This document shows, in pieces, positions 1 through 9,349 of a DNA stretch of 18,192 bases (positions are counted from its first letter, which is position 1; each line of letters starts with the position of its first letter). The stretch covers positions 1 through 18,192 of the forward strand of contig CAVXVG010000010.1 in the NCBI GenBank assembly GCA_963765145.1, read 5' to 3'. This stretch comes from Parachlamydiales bacterium. Lineage in GTDB: Bacteria; Chlamydiota; Chlamydiia; Chlamydiales; JAJFMK01. Below the pieces are notes generated by a model. It saw nothing but the letters and a program-made list of their open reading frames with translations. It made no database searches and had not been told where the DNA came from. The position numbers and the translations under genes were made by a program.

Positions 1-2175
1 CACAATTTTAGGGGTGATCACGATGAACATTTCAGTCGTCGCTTGTTCCTGAGAAGTGAAGCTAAAAAACTTCCCGATGCAAGGGATTTCTCCTAAAAAA
101 GGAATTTTTTCGACTTGTGTTGTGCCTTGCTTTTTCCTCAATCCACCTAAAATGACACTTTCGCCATCTGCGACAACAGCTTGGCTTTCAATTTTACGTC
201 GAGTGATGTCGGGTCTGCTGTGGCCAAGCTCGTGCAACATCGGGTGGATCGTATCAAAGCTAACGCTGGTTTCGAGAGTGATCATCGCACTGTCATCGTC
301 GTCTCTTCCTGTGCCAGGATTGATCGTCGGGGTGATGTCGAGGACAACTCCGTATTGTTCACGTGTAAAAGAGTCTTTTAAAGCAACCCCCCCACCTGCC
401 TGAGGCACTTCAAAAATACCGGTGCTGATCGAAATTTCATCTACTACAGCCAAAGAAACGGGTGTTTGGTTGAGGGTCAAGGCCGTTGTCGATGTATTGA
501 TCTCAATGTCTTTTTGAGAAATTAAGAAGGTGTAGAGAAGATCAATGGAAGGGGAATGGGCTGTCCCTACTTGTTTGAACAAGAAATCTAAAATGCCTGG
601 GCAAGCGCCCCAAGTGAGTTGGGCCACATTCTCGAGTACGCGAGGACTGCCAACATCTAGCTTGTTGAGGCCAAATTTGTCTCGATCGTTAGTCCTTTTC
701 TCAAATAATAGCACCTCGATTTCGACCATTTTCTTTGGCACATCGAGCCGTTTGAGCGTCTCTTTGACTTGGGCTAGAAGTTCGGCTTCAACCACCATCA
801 CAATCGCCCCTGTTTTAGGGTCGACTAAGAAGTTGTTCCGGTTAGAGTTTGGAGGAGGTCTTTGTCTTGATGGCCCCAGTTCTATCGGTGCCGGATCGAC
901 GACAACGGAGCCTGCCTGATAAAAACTATCTGCATAGAATTGATCTGGCGTTGGGAAAGGAGGTTCATTTAACGTGACATTGACATCGGTGTTTGTCCCC
1001 CCATTTTCGCAGCAAGGGTCATTTGGAAGTCGATTAAGAAGGAGCTCGTAAATTCTGGCTGTGATATCGGCCAATTCTTCAGGGTCTGCGTAACGGGCGC
1101 AATACCAATGGAGCACACGCTCTCTGAAGTCGCCCATCTGCCCTTCAACTTTTCGGATGATGTCTTCTGCTCTCTTCACCTCGTCACGTGATCCAACTAG
1201 AAAAAGGGTGCGAGGATTAGCTTTAGAAACCAAAATGCGTAAAGCATTGACTTGAGAAAAACCCCCGCCTCCTTTTTCATCCATCCCCTCGTCAAAAAGA
1301 ACAGACAACATCTTGGCCATCTCTTCACCAGAGACGCGCTGCAAAGTCATCAGAGAAAATTCTTTCGAACCGCTCTCTTTTTGCAAAAAGTCGTATAAAC
1401 GGAGAAGTTCATCAACTTCACCTCTTGTGGCCACAATCGCAATTTGTCGGCCTAGAGGAAGCACTTGCTGAGTCGATTTATTAGAAAATTTATCTAAGAA
1501 TAGTTCTGCTCTCTTTAATTCCAATGGATCTGGTGAAATCAAAAAGAGAATACGATCTTCTCGTGGGATAAAGGACAAAAGATCTCGTTCTGTCACGATC
1601 CTTCTGATCCTTGAAAAATCGTCTTTGGCTAAAGATAGTTTTCTTAAATAGGGATTGAGAGGTGTTACTACAACGCCGCTCTGGCTTAAAATCAGTTCCA
1701 CCATCTCGTTCCAACCGCTTTTTGGAACGGGGAGGCGAGAAGAAAGGGAAATTGGAATCGATCCAACCTCTTTGGGAATTAGGTAGACAAAATCTTGCGA
1801 GCCATAGTCTATGACAAGTTGCTCGATGGTGGTTTCTGGTTGGTGAAAAAGCCCGTAAGGCTCTGGGTCGAGCACTTTAGACGCTTTTTGCTGCCAGCCA
1901 ATCTCTAAGTCGTCCAGTTCCCGCTTTGATTTGCGGATATCGGCTAATACAATTTCGTAGGCTTCTTTAGGAGCCCCATTCTCATAAAGCTGGACCCCCT
2001 TTTGGTAGAGCCTGCGGATCTCATCTTCCTTTGCCCCTTTGGCTGCATTGAGTTGATCCAGCCTCACATCTAGTTCAAAGGGAAGATCGCTTTTACTTTT
2101 ATTGATGTTGGCTTTTTTCTCTGCAATGGTTTGAGAGAGGAGAAAAGGAACGATTAATAGAGTGAGCCATTTCAT
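1..2175 (-). CDS. gspD: Type II secretion system secretin GspD, chlamydial type (3' end truncated by window edge)
   Basis: Absent from the ORF track because it has no stop in the window. Translated by hand from ATG 2175-2173 (MKWLTLLIVPFLLSQTIAEKKA, signal-peptide-like) towards position 1, with no in-frame stop found. Contains YGLFHQPETTIEQLVIDYG, FLVDPKTGAIVMVVE, LKRLDVPKKMVEIEVLLFE, QYGVVLDITPTIN and terminal EMFIVITPKIV (secretin signature). The ATG overlaps the upstream stop (ATGA). Confidence 0.93.
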   Translation of the reverse strand, partial: MKWLTLLIVPFLLSQTIAEKKANINKSKSDLPFELDVRLDQLNAAKGAKEDEIRRLYQKGVQLYENGAPKEAYEIVLADIRKSKRELDDLEIGWQQKASKVLDPEPYGLFHQPETTIEQLVIDYGSQDFVYLIPKEVGSIPISLSSRLPVPKSGWNEMVELILSQSGVVVTPLNPYLRKLSLAKDDFSRIRRIVTERDLLSFIPREDRILFLISPDPLELKRAELFLDKFSNKSTQQVLPLGRQIAIVATRGEVDELLRLYDFLQKESGSKEFSLMTLQRVSGEEMAKMLSVLFDEGMDEKGGGGFSQVNALRILVSKANPRTLFLVGSRDEVKRAEDIIRKVEGQMGDFRERVLHWYCARYADPEELADITARIYELLLNRLPNDPCCENGGTNTDVNVTLNEPPFPTPDQFYADSFYQAGSVVVDPAPIELGPSRQRPPPNSNRNNFLVDPKTGAIVMVVEAELLAQVKETLKRLDVPKKMVEIEVLLFEKRTNDRDKFGLNKLDVGSPRVLENVAQLTWGACPGILDFLFKQVGTAHSPSIDLLYTFLISQKDIEINTSTTALTLNQTPVSLAVVDEISISTGIFEVPQAGGGVALKDSFTREQYGVVLDITPTINPGTGRDDDDSAMITLETSVSFDTIHPMLHELGHSRPDITRRKIESQAVVADGESVILGGLRKKQGTTQVEKIPFLGEIPCIGKFFSFTSQEQATTEMFIVITPKIV

Positions 2176-3512
2176 AAAGAAGCCCCTGAAAGCGCGATTT
2201 CAATGAAAGGGTCACTTTTTGCATCAGCGACGATCTCATCAGCAGGAACAATAGTGACATTTCCCCTCTGGACAGCAAGCTCGACTTGCAGGGAGTCTGT
2301 TCTGGAGGCATTGAAAAGGGTGCCCATCAATACCTGGTGCTCATCTTGTTTGACGTAGCCATCAAAAACAAACAAGGGGCCTGAAACTTGTCTTGAAACG
2401 TACGCGTCGATCTCTTCAGGTGTTTCAAGTTTGACCCAGTGGCCTTCTTCATTTTGTATCAGCCAATCATCGGGTTTCAATAAGTGCCGCTCTCTGCCAA
2501 TTTCAAAGACACATTGTGTCCGTGTTTTAGCGCCAACAAAGCGAAATTCATTTTGCAACGACTCTTTTGCCCAAGTTTCTTGTGCTTTGATCAATGTTAA
2601 TGGCACTTTTTTCTGCCCTGTTGCATCCCAAAGGTCAAGAGCCATGATCCGCTCGTCGATCCGTTTGATTTGCAAAAGAGGAAGCCCTTTGGTTTCTTCA
2701 CCTGCTGTTTTTACTTGCCATTGCCCATCAGCAAAAACCAAGCAATCCCAAAGACCGACAAAAACCGAGTATTGATCTTCTTTTTCTCCAAAATCGATAC
2801 GATGCTTTCCTAACAAATGAGAAAATTCTTCGCCTCCATGGCGAAATAGAAAGCAGTCGGGTCCTACCCACTTGGCCATCTGACGAGCTAGAAGCGTTCC
2901 ATCGGCCCGAAGTTTACCAATTTCCCACCCTTGGTTTCCAAAGGGAAGTCTTGCCACCTCTTTTGTTGGCAATTTGAAGGTTTGAGGTTCAATAACAGGA
3001 TACCCTTCAACGTTTAAACCCACTTTAATGGAAGCTTCTTGATCTTGTGGTTCTACTTCAAACCAAAGAGGGCGTTCTTCTCTTGTAATTGCAAAAGTTT
3101 CGCTACCTGTTGGCAACCGGCTATAATCTAAATAAACTTTTTCCCCGCCTGAGACCAAAGAAAGGTCTTTACTTCCTTGCAGACCAAAATGGAGAAGGGG
3201 ATGTTCTTGAGGAGAGTCGGGCCTTCCATTTGTCCCATGATAGGTTAAAATATTTTTCAGATCTGGAAGTAAGAGAGGAGGAGGAGTTTCCCTCAGAGCA
3301 AGCCAAGGTGGACCAATGCGAGTGTAAGCCTCTTTTTTTTGTGCAAAGCTATTTCTTAACTCACGAACGCTTTTTTGTATTGGAAGGAGGACAGCGATCT
3401 CATTTGGCCGTAAAAAATTCCAAAGCGTTCCTAAAGAGAGGCAGAGAACAGCGATTCCAAAAAAAACCGTTGTCAGAGTGCGGAGAAGTTTTTCATTGAA
3501 TAGGGCACGCAT
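2172..3512 (-). CDS. Conserved chlamydial membrane-anchored protein upstream of gspD (CT573-like), probable T2SS-associated
   Basis: 446-aa ORF with one N-terminal TM segment (TVFFGIAVLCLSLGTLWNFL). Motifs LPDLKNILTYHGTNGRPD and WVGPDCFLFRHGGEEF. Coupled to gspD by an ATGA overlap, matching my recollection of the C. trachomatis CT573-gspD order. Confidence 0.8.
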   Translation of the reverse strand: MRALFNEKLLRTLTTVFFGIAVLCLSLGTLWNFLRPNEIAVLLPIQKSVRELRNSFAQKKEAYTRIGPPWLALRETPPPLLLPDLKNILTYHGTNGRPDSPQEHPLLHFGLQGSKDLSLVSGGEKVYLDYSRLPTGSETFAITREERPLWFEVEPQDQEASIKVGLNVEGYPVIEPQTFKLPTKEVARLPFGNQGWEIGKLRADGTLLARQMAKWVGPDCFLFRHGGEEFSHLLGKHRIDFGEKEDQYSVFVGLWDCLVFADGQWQVKTAGEETKGLPLLQIKRIDERIMALDLWDATGQKKVPLTLIKAQETWAKESLQNEFRFVGAKTRTQCVFEIGRERHLLKPDDWLIQNEEGHWVKLETPEEIDAYVSRQVSGPLFVFDGYVKQDEHQVLMGTLFNASRTDSLQVELAVQRGNVTIVPADEIVADAKSDPFIEIALSGASL

Positions 3513-3538
3513 TATTAATCTAATACACTAAGTGATTC

Positions 3539-3566
3539 ACTATAACATTAAAAGCGAAAATTTCAA
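3539..3566 (-). promoter_or_regulatory. Putative sigma70/sigma66 promoter for the CT573-like-gspD operon
   Basis: Minus strand reads TTGAAA (3566-3561), 16-nt spacer ending TGT, then TATAGT (3544-3539): near-consensus -35 with extended -10, 26 nt upstream of the ATG at 3512. Confidence 0.55.
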
Positions 3567-3620
3567 AACATCCCCTTAAAACCGACGAGAGCTAAGCATC
3601 ACCCTAAGAAAAAGCAATTT

Positions 3621-3726
3621 AAAAATTTAACAGGATGAACACGATGAGCAGGATGAAGCTTCGCCTATCAAGACTAACACAGAGGCGAAGCTTCATCCTG
3701 CTCATCGTGTTCATCCTGTTATTTTT
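3621..3726. repeat. Palindromic REP/MITE-like element, family A copy 1
   Basis: Perfect 39-bp inverted repeat: 3628-3666 TAACAGGATGAACACGATGAGCAGGATGAAGCTTCGCCT pairs with 3683-3721 around a 16-nt loop. Arms are three degenerate 9-nt AACAGGATG units plus AAGCTTCGCCT. Flanked by AAAAATT and TTTTT. Confidence 0.9.
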
Positions 3727-3760
3727 ATGTTATAGCCAAAAAAGAGCTCTGTTTTGAGGC

Positions 3761-5904
3761 CTATTTGCCCATGGCTTCTAGGATGTTAGAGGTCGTTAGT
3801 ACCTGCGGCAAGACTTTAGGCACGGAGCCTTTTCCTTTCGGATAATAAACGTAAAGAGGGACGCTATTTCTTCCGAAAGCTGCAAGGGCTTGCGTGATTT
3901 CAGGGTCTGTCCGAGTCCAATCGGCATCCATTTTCACAACGCCTTCTTTTTCAAAAGCTTCAATAACTTCCTTGCCTTCAAGAACTAAAAAGTTGGCTTG
4001 GCAAAGCAGGCACCATTTAGCGGTAAAATCGATGAAAATGGGGACACCTTCTGCTCGTAATTCGTCTACCCTTTTAGAAGAAAAAGTTTCCCATCCCCCT
4101 TCAATGATCGTGCAAACTTTTTCTCCGGGGTGGAAAACGGCCGTTTCTTTGCCTGCATCGAATAGCATGAAAGCCGCCAAGACGAAAAGAAGAAGGGCTG
4201 CGATTCTGCCGATGATCCGGGTAAGGTTTGATCGGATTAAGCTGCCATATTTTCCTAAGATCCAAGCGCCTACCGATATCACGAAAAAGGCCAATAAAAA
4301 TTCTAGAATCTCTCGGCTATCGGCTTGGACTAAAAATACCCAGGTTAGCCAAACGACTGTAAGGAGTAAGAAAAAACCCATGATCTGTTTGAAGGTTTCC
4401 ATCCAAGGGCCAGGTTTTGGCAGGTACTTTAACCATTTAGGCTCCCAAGAAAGAAGAAGATAGGGCAATGCCATTCCAATGCCCATAGCAAGGAAAATAA
4501 GCATTCCAAGATGCGCTGGCAACGTAAGGCTTAAACCAAGGGCCGTGCCTAAAAACGGACCGGAGCAAGGTGTAGAGAGGGCCGTTGCAAGCACGCCGCT
4601 TGCAAAAGAGCCTACCAGTGAAGGGTTTTTTTTCTTCACATCCTGCTCTATTTGCCCGGCTTTTGAAACAAAAGAAAGGCCAACTTCAAAAATGCCAAAG
4701 AAAATCAGAGACATTATGAAAATAAGGGCCGCAAGCATTGCGACGAAAGTGGGATCTTGCAATTGAAAGCCCCACCCAATTTCCATCCCTGAAGACCTGA
4801 GAAAAAATAAAAGGGCTCCCAAAAAGAGGAAGCTTAAAATCACCCCTAAAGAAAAGGCAATGCCATGCGCAAATACCAGACGGCGACTTTCTTGTGCCAG
4901 TTTGATAAAGCTCATGATTTTCAAAGAAATGATAGGCAGAACGCAAGGCATTACATTCAAAAGAATGCCCCCTAAAACTGAAAATAACAGCATGAGCGGC
5001 AAAGATTCGCCACCTTCAAAAGGGATTTGAGCGACATTGAGATTTTCGGCTTCTAGAGGGATAGAAACCAAAAAGCTTTTCTTGATGTCAGGAGTTCTGG
5101 ATACTAATTTTACAATTCCTTCTACAACAGGTTGGAAAGGCTCTTTTCCTGGTTTAATAAAAAGATAATAATTACCTTCCGATGCAATGAGGGATTCTTC
5201 TTGGTGGAGATCAACTGTCCCTTTGGCAAAAGGGAAAAAATGGGCTTCATCAACACTGTAAGGGAAAACAGATTGAGGAAATACAATCATTAATCCTTCG
5301 TCGTCAGGTTCTAAAGAGACCCCTTCCAACTTTGCGGGTAGAGCATCTCGAGCACCGTCAGAACAGATCCATCACGACCATTTGTTTTGCCGACAATAAA
5401 AGTTTTGGATAAGGTTGTTTCGCCGGGCACACACTCCTCTTTTGAGCAGGCCACCCAATTGACTGTCACTTCAATCGGAATGTCGCCTGAACTTGGCAGG
5501 TCTGCAGGGGCTTGGATTTCGCTAATCAAGAGGTAGGGTTTTTTATAGCCAAAAGAAACAAGCCCTTGGTAATGGTCTCTTTCAGGGACGGGCCATTCTA
5601 AATCATACGCTTCAAATCCAGCTGGGAGCTTCCAGGTTAATGTGATAGGAGAGCCGGCTTCGCCCGGGTTTTTCCAATAAGTTTTCCATCCATCTTCAAG
5701 GCTGACGGAGATGGCGACCATGAACTTGGCAGAGGGGGCAATTTTTTCTACATCAGAAATAAGCTTTAACTGAATCGGATCGTTAGGATGCTCGGTTTCC
5801 TGGTTAGTGCTTTCTATAGCTTCAGCAAGCCATTTCTCATCGAATGCATGCAGAGAAGTGGAGAAGGAGAGAATTAATAAGAAAGAAAAAAAGTATTTTA
5901 TCAT
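3761..5904 (-). CDS. dsbD: Thiol:disulfide interchange protein DsbD, split into 5311-5904 and 3761-5329 by an apparent frameshift near 5345-5385
   Basis: N-terminal ORF: signal peptide, GWKTYWKNPGEAG, VACSKEECVPG. C-terminal ORF: LLNVMPCVLPIISLK, TALSTPCSGPFLG, LPKPGPWME and thioredoxin domain DFTAKWCLLCQAN. The downstream frame reads DGARDALPAKLEG before the nominal TTG start, which points to a single gene. Confidence 0.9.
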
Positions 5905-6003
5905 CAGTATAAACCCTTGAATGACCTAGTCATTTCCCTGTACATTACAAGCTAGCGTTAGCAAGTTCCAAGAAATATTTAATTATACAGTAGGAGTTAG
6001 GGG

Positions 6004-6678
6004 ATGAGCAACCCTTTCATAGATGCTTTTTTACAATCAGACTTGATGGGAAAGGCCATTTTTCTCCTGCTTTTCACTCTGTCTGTCTTAACATTTGCCG
6101 TGTTTTTCGAAACATGGAATAGCCTTAAAAGGGCAAAGAGCGGCTCGGCTCTTTTTAAAAAAGTATTTGATCGTCATAAAGAAATGCCCCTTCACATTGA
6201 CGCAGATTCTCAGGATCTGGTTGAACAGCAAAACCCTCTGCTTGCTCTTTATACCTCTTTGCAGAAGTCCGCGCTCCATTGGATCAAGCGAAACCGTCAA
6301 GAAAACGAGCCGCCGATTCTTTTAGAAAAAGACATTGAGCGGATTGATCTTGAAACGGACGCAGAGAGAAGAGGGCAAATTTCCAAGCTTGAGAAAAATC
6401 TTTATTTACTTTCGATGATCGTGACTTTAGCCCCATTTTTAGGATTATTGGGCACAGTTTGGGGGATTTTGACCTCATTTTCTAACCTGCAGGTCGCCGG
6501 CACTTCAAATCAGGCGGTTTTAAGCGGCCTTTCTCTTGCTTTAGCCACTACGGTAGTGGGCCTTCTTGATGCTATCCCTGCCCTTGTAGCCTATAATTTC
6601 TTGAAAAACGAAGTCAAAAAATTTGATTTAGAATTGGAGGGATTTTCCTCTGAAATGATTGCCACTTTTAGAAACTGA
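6004..6678 (+). CDS. tolQ: MotA/TolQ/ExbB proton channel protein
   Basis: 224 aa, three TM segments, motifs APFLGLLGTVWGI and ALATTVVGLLDAIPALVAYN. RBS AGGAG at 5992-5996. Confidence 0.93.
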   Translation: MSNPFIDAFLQSDLMGKAIFLLLFTLSVLTFAVFFETWNSLKRAKSGSALFKKVFDRHKEMPLHIDADSQDLVEQQNPLLALYTSLQKSALHWIKRNRQENEPPILLEKDIERIDLETDAERRGQISKLEKNLYLLSMIVTLAPFLGLLGTVWGILTSFSNLQVAGTSNQAVLSGLSLALATTVVGLLDAIPALVAYNFLKNEVKKFDLELEGFSSEMIATFRN

Positions 6679-6680
6679 GT

Positions 6681-7109
6681 ATGTACGGTATGCGCCACAA
6701 AAAAGTTTATCCAGCGATTGAAGAGCCTGTCATCAACATCACTCCATTGATTGATGTTGTTTTTGTGGTTTTGATCATGTTTATTTTGATAGCGCCCCTC
6801 GTTGACAAGGAAAATGTTGATTTGGCACGTGGCGGCGAAGGGGAAGCAAGGGAGGTCAAAGAGACCAGCCCCATTGCCGTTGTCGTCAAAAAAAACAGCG
6901 ACATCCTCTTGAACCGAGTTCCTCTAACCATCGAAGAGCTTCCTTTGCGGTTAAAGCAGATCAAACACTCATACCCAACGGCTGTTCCGCAATTATTTCA
7001 TGACAAAATGGCCCCCTTTGGCACCTATCAAGAGGTGAAATTGGCGATGGAGTCGGCAGGTTTTACCGAAATGGAACTCGTCCTAGATCCCCCCACCATC
7101 GACAAATAA
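6681..7109 (+). CDS. tolR: TolR/ExbD family protein (start may be ATG 6690)
   Basis: INITPLIDVVFVVLIMFIL signature. Starts 2 nt after the tolQ stop. Confidence 0.93.
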   Translation: MYGMRHKKVYPAIEEPVINITPLIDVVFVVLIMFILIAPLVDKENVDLARGGEGEAREVKETSPIAVVVKKNSDILLNRVPLTIEELPLRLKQIKHSYPTAVPQLFHDKMAPFGTYQEVKLAMESAGFTEMELVLDPPTIDK

Positions 7110-7157
7110 AAAAAGAATAAACAGGCTTATGCATCAATCTAAGGGAAAGACTCCTAT

Positions 7158-7281
7158 AAATTTAACAGGATGAACAGGATGAACAGGATAAGCTCCGCCA
7201 AGTTTTATTCTAGAATGGTAAAAGAGATGAAAAAAGATACCTTTACAGGCGAAGCTTCATCCTGTTCATCCTGTTATTTTT
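7158..7281. repeat. Palindromic REP/MITE-like element, family A copy 2
   Basis: Left arm AAATTT-AACAGGATG-AACAGGATG-AACAGGAT-AAGCTCCGCC (7158-7199). Right arm AGGCGAAGCTT-CATCCTGTT-CATCCTGTT-ATTTTT (7247-7281). 47-nt AT-rich spacer. Same arms and flanks as 3621-3726. Confidence 0.88.
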
Positions 7282-7296
7282 CTTTTGGTACGCAGC

Positions 7297-8007
7297 ATGA
7301 GCTATTATAAAAAGTCTTTACTTCTCCATGTAGCTTTTTTCCTGCTCATTGCTGTTTTTTATAATGTGAAGCCGCAAATTCAAAAAAGGCGTGTGGTTCA
7401 TACGACGACAGTAAAATTGGCTTCAAATCAAGCTGAAATAGCAGCGCCTGTTCCTGCCCAATCGACTATTGCTCCTACAACTCCTAAAGTTGCGGCGAAA
7501 GAGGCGACGAAAAAGGAGAAGATTGCGAAAAAGGAAGAACCGAAAAAAGTTGCCCCCAAGCCTGAACCCAAGAAAGAAGTAGCAAAAATCGACACCAAAA
7601 AGGAGACTCTTTTGAAAGAAGCGCGAGATAGTCTTGCGAAAATGGGGAAGGTCGAGGCAACATCTGGTCCTGTAGACCGCTCGAACCGTTCTACGCTGTC
7701 CTCATTAAAAGCTGAGGAGATGACCTTTTCGGTAAAAGGTTCCGATAATGACCTCTATATTTCAGAGCTCATTCAGAGATTAAAGTTAAGTCTACGTCTT
7801 CCAGAAAGTGGTGAAGTCGTTGTAGATTTAACACTTAAACGTAACGGGAAGATTGCAGGAATCAAGATACGAGATGCAAACAGTTCGAACAATAAATACT
7901 ATGTGGAGTCCCAACTCTCAACACTCAGCTTCCCTGAATTCGGGGAATCGTATCCGAACAAAGATGAAAAGCTTTTTACCCTCTCCTTACAAAATGCAAT
8001 TTTTTAG
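7297..8007 (+). CDS. tolA: TolA/TonB-like energy transducer (CT598-like)
   Basis: N-terminal anchor with SxxxH motif (SLLLHVAFFLL), Lys/Glu/Pro-rich linker (KKEEPKKVAPKPEPKKE) and TonB/TolA-like C-terminal domain (LPESGEVVVDLTLKRNGKI). Lies between tolR and tolB. ATG 7297 preferred over TTG 7285. Confidence 0.8.
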   Translation: MSYYKKSLLLHVAFFLLIAVFYNVKPQIQKRRVVHTTTVKLASNQAEIAAPVPAQSTIAPTTPKVAAKEATKKEKIAKKEEPKKVAPKPEPKKEVAKIDTKKETLLKEARDSLAKMGKVEATSGPVDRSNRSTLSSLKAEEMTFSVKGSDNDLYISELIQRLKLSLRLPESGEVVVDLTLKRNGKIAGIKIRDANSSNNKYYVESQLSTLSFPEFGESYPNKDEKLFTLSLQNAIF

Positions 8008-9337
8008 TCTATTTTTTTTCATACCTCTTTTCTTATTCGGCAATGAGATGATCACGGTAGATCTTCCTCTCGATCATCCTCTGATGCCGCTTTATCTATC
8101 TTCTATCACTGCTGAGAAGAGCGATCTTACCGCTGATTATTTGCAAAGACTTGATCAGGTTCTCCGTTTTGACTTGGGCCACAATGGGATGACAGAGCCT
8201 TTTATGGCTAACAGCAAGTTAGATAGGCTTGCATCTCCCTCCCAATGGAACTCATCCGTTGCGATTAAAGAGTGGAAAGCCAACGGCATCCTCTATGTCA
8301 TTTCAGCCAAAGTACAGGGCAATAAGGGCAGCTTTGCCCTTCTTTCAACAAGCAATATGGGTGTTAAATCGCTCGATGATGTCGCTTTAACAGGCAATTT
8401 AAGCCAAGATAGACAAACACTCCATAAAGTTGCAGACACCATCCACGCCACACTTTTTGGCACTGAAGGAATTGCTTCTCGCCGTTTCATTTTTACAAGA
8501 AAAACACGTGATGCAAAAGGTTCAACCCGTTCTTATTTAGTCGAAGCTGACTGGGATGGAGAAAATCAGAAAATCTTACTTAATTCGCCTCACCTGATTG
8601 TCACGCCCTTTTTAGTGCCTGCCTCAAGCGGCCACTTCCCCAAAAGTTATCTCTACGTCTCTTACGAACTTGGCCAACCAAAAATATTTTTGGCCACTTT
8701 AGATGGAAAGGGAAGCAACCGCTTAACGTACTTAAAAGGTAATCAACTAACGCCCTCCATTTCTATAAATAGAGATAAAATTGCATTTATCAACGACTCG
8801 CTTGGAAACCCGGATCTTTTCTTGATGGAAATCAATGAAGGCGCTGCAGCTCAAGAAGCCCCTAGACGGATTTTTCAGTTTCCTGGGGCTACAAATGCTT
8901 CCCCAGCCTTTAGCCCCGATGGAAAAACGATCGCGTTTGTTTCAAGCAAAGATGGCTCAACAAGGATTTATCTCTTAAAAATCCCTGAAAAAGGGGCAAG
9001 TTTAAAAGATGTTAAAGCCCAACTTCTGACAACACAACAAAAAGAAGCCTCAGCGCCTGCCTGGTCGCCAGATGGAACCCGAGTCGCTTTTTGCGCCAAA
9101 AACGGAGAAACCCACCGTCAAATCTGGGTCTATGACTTACAAAAGAAAACAGAAAAGCAATTGACATTTGGCCCAGGAGACAAAGAAAACCCTACTTGGG
9201 CAGCCAATAGCCTTCACCTGATCTTCAACGTCCGTCAAAACGATGAGACAAGCGATCTGTATTTAATGAACCTACATCAAAGTAACACAGTACCCATAGT
9301 GGTTGGCGGCGGCCAAAACCGCTTCCCCTCATGGTAG
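7994..9337 (+). CDS. tolB: Tol-Pal beta-propeller protein TolB
   Basis: PD40 repeats (SPAFSPDGKTIAFVS, APAWSPDGTRVAF, NPTWAANS, terminal RFPSW). Start moved from 7853 to ATG 7994, which gives a signal peptide (MQFFSLFFFIPLFLFG) and only a 14-nt overlap with tolA. Confidence 0.93.
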   Translation: MQFFSLFFFIPLFLFGNEMITVDLPLDHPLMPLYLSSITAEKSDLTADYLQRLDQVLRFDLGHNGMTEPFMANSKLDRLASPSQWNSSVAIKEWKANGILYVISAKVQGNKGSFALLSTSNMGVKSLDDVALTGNLSQDRQTLHKVADTIHATLFGTEGIASRRFIFTRKTRDAKGSTRSYLVEADWDGENQKILLNSPHLIVTPFLVPASSGHFPKSYLYVSYELGQPKIFLATLDGKGSNRLTYLKGNQLTPSISINRDKIAFINDSLGNPDLFLMEINEGAAAQEAPRRIFQFPGATNASPAFSPDGKTIAFVSSKDGSTRIYLLKIPEKGASLKDVKAQLLTTQQKEASAPAWSPDGTRVAFCAKNGETHRQIWVYDLQKKTEKQLTFGPGDKENPTWAANSLHLIFNVRQNDETSDLYLMNLHQSNTVPIVVGGGQNRFPSW

Positions 9338-9349
9338 TTTGGAGTAAGA

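Noticed and set aside
56..919. Plus-strand ORFs 56-403, 181-381 and 545-919
   Set aside because: Antisense shadows of gspD with no recognisable motifs.
1490..2311. Minus-strand ORFs 1490-1714 and 2099-2311
   Set aside because: Out-of-frame overlaps with gspD and the CT573-like gene. The real gspD start is ATG 2175 in another frame.
2431..4946. ORFs 2431-2775, 3089-3499, 3894-4463, 4479-4766 and 4686-4946
   Set aside because: Wholly inside well-supported genes, on the opposite strand or in an alternative frame.
5920..5934. Small palindrome AATGAC-CTA-GTCATT in the dsbD/tolQ divergent region
   Set aside because: Only 6-bp arms, single occurrence, and no regulator motif I can match with confidence.
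7161..7281. Repeat-spacer-repeat pattern as a possible mini-CRISPR
   Set aside because: Repeats are inverted arms with 9-nt tandem units, not direct repeats with regular unique spacers. No cas genes in the window.
7490..7620. Lys/Glu/Pro-rich quasi-repeats in tolA
   Set aside because: Normal low-complexity periplasm-spanning linker of TolA/TonB proteins.
7853..7993. 47-aa N-terminal extension of TolB in the ORF track
   Set aside because: Overlaps tolA by more than 150 nt and would bury the signal peptide that starts at ATG 7994.
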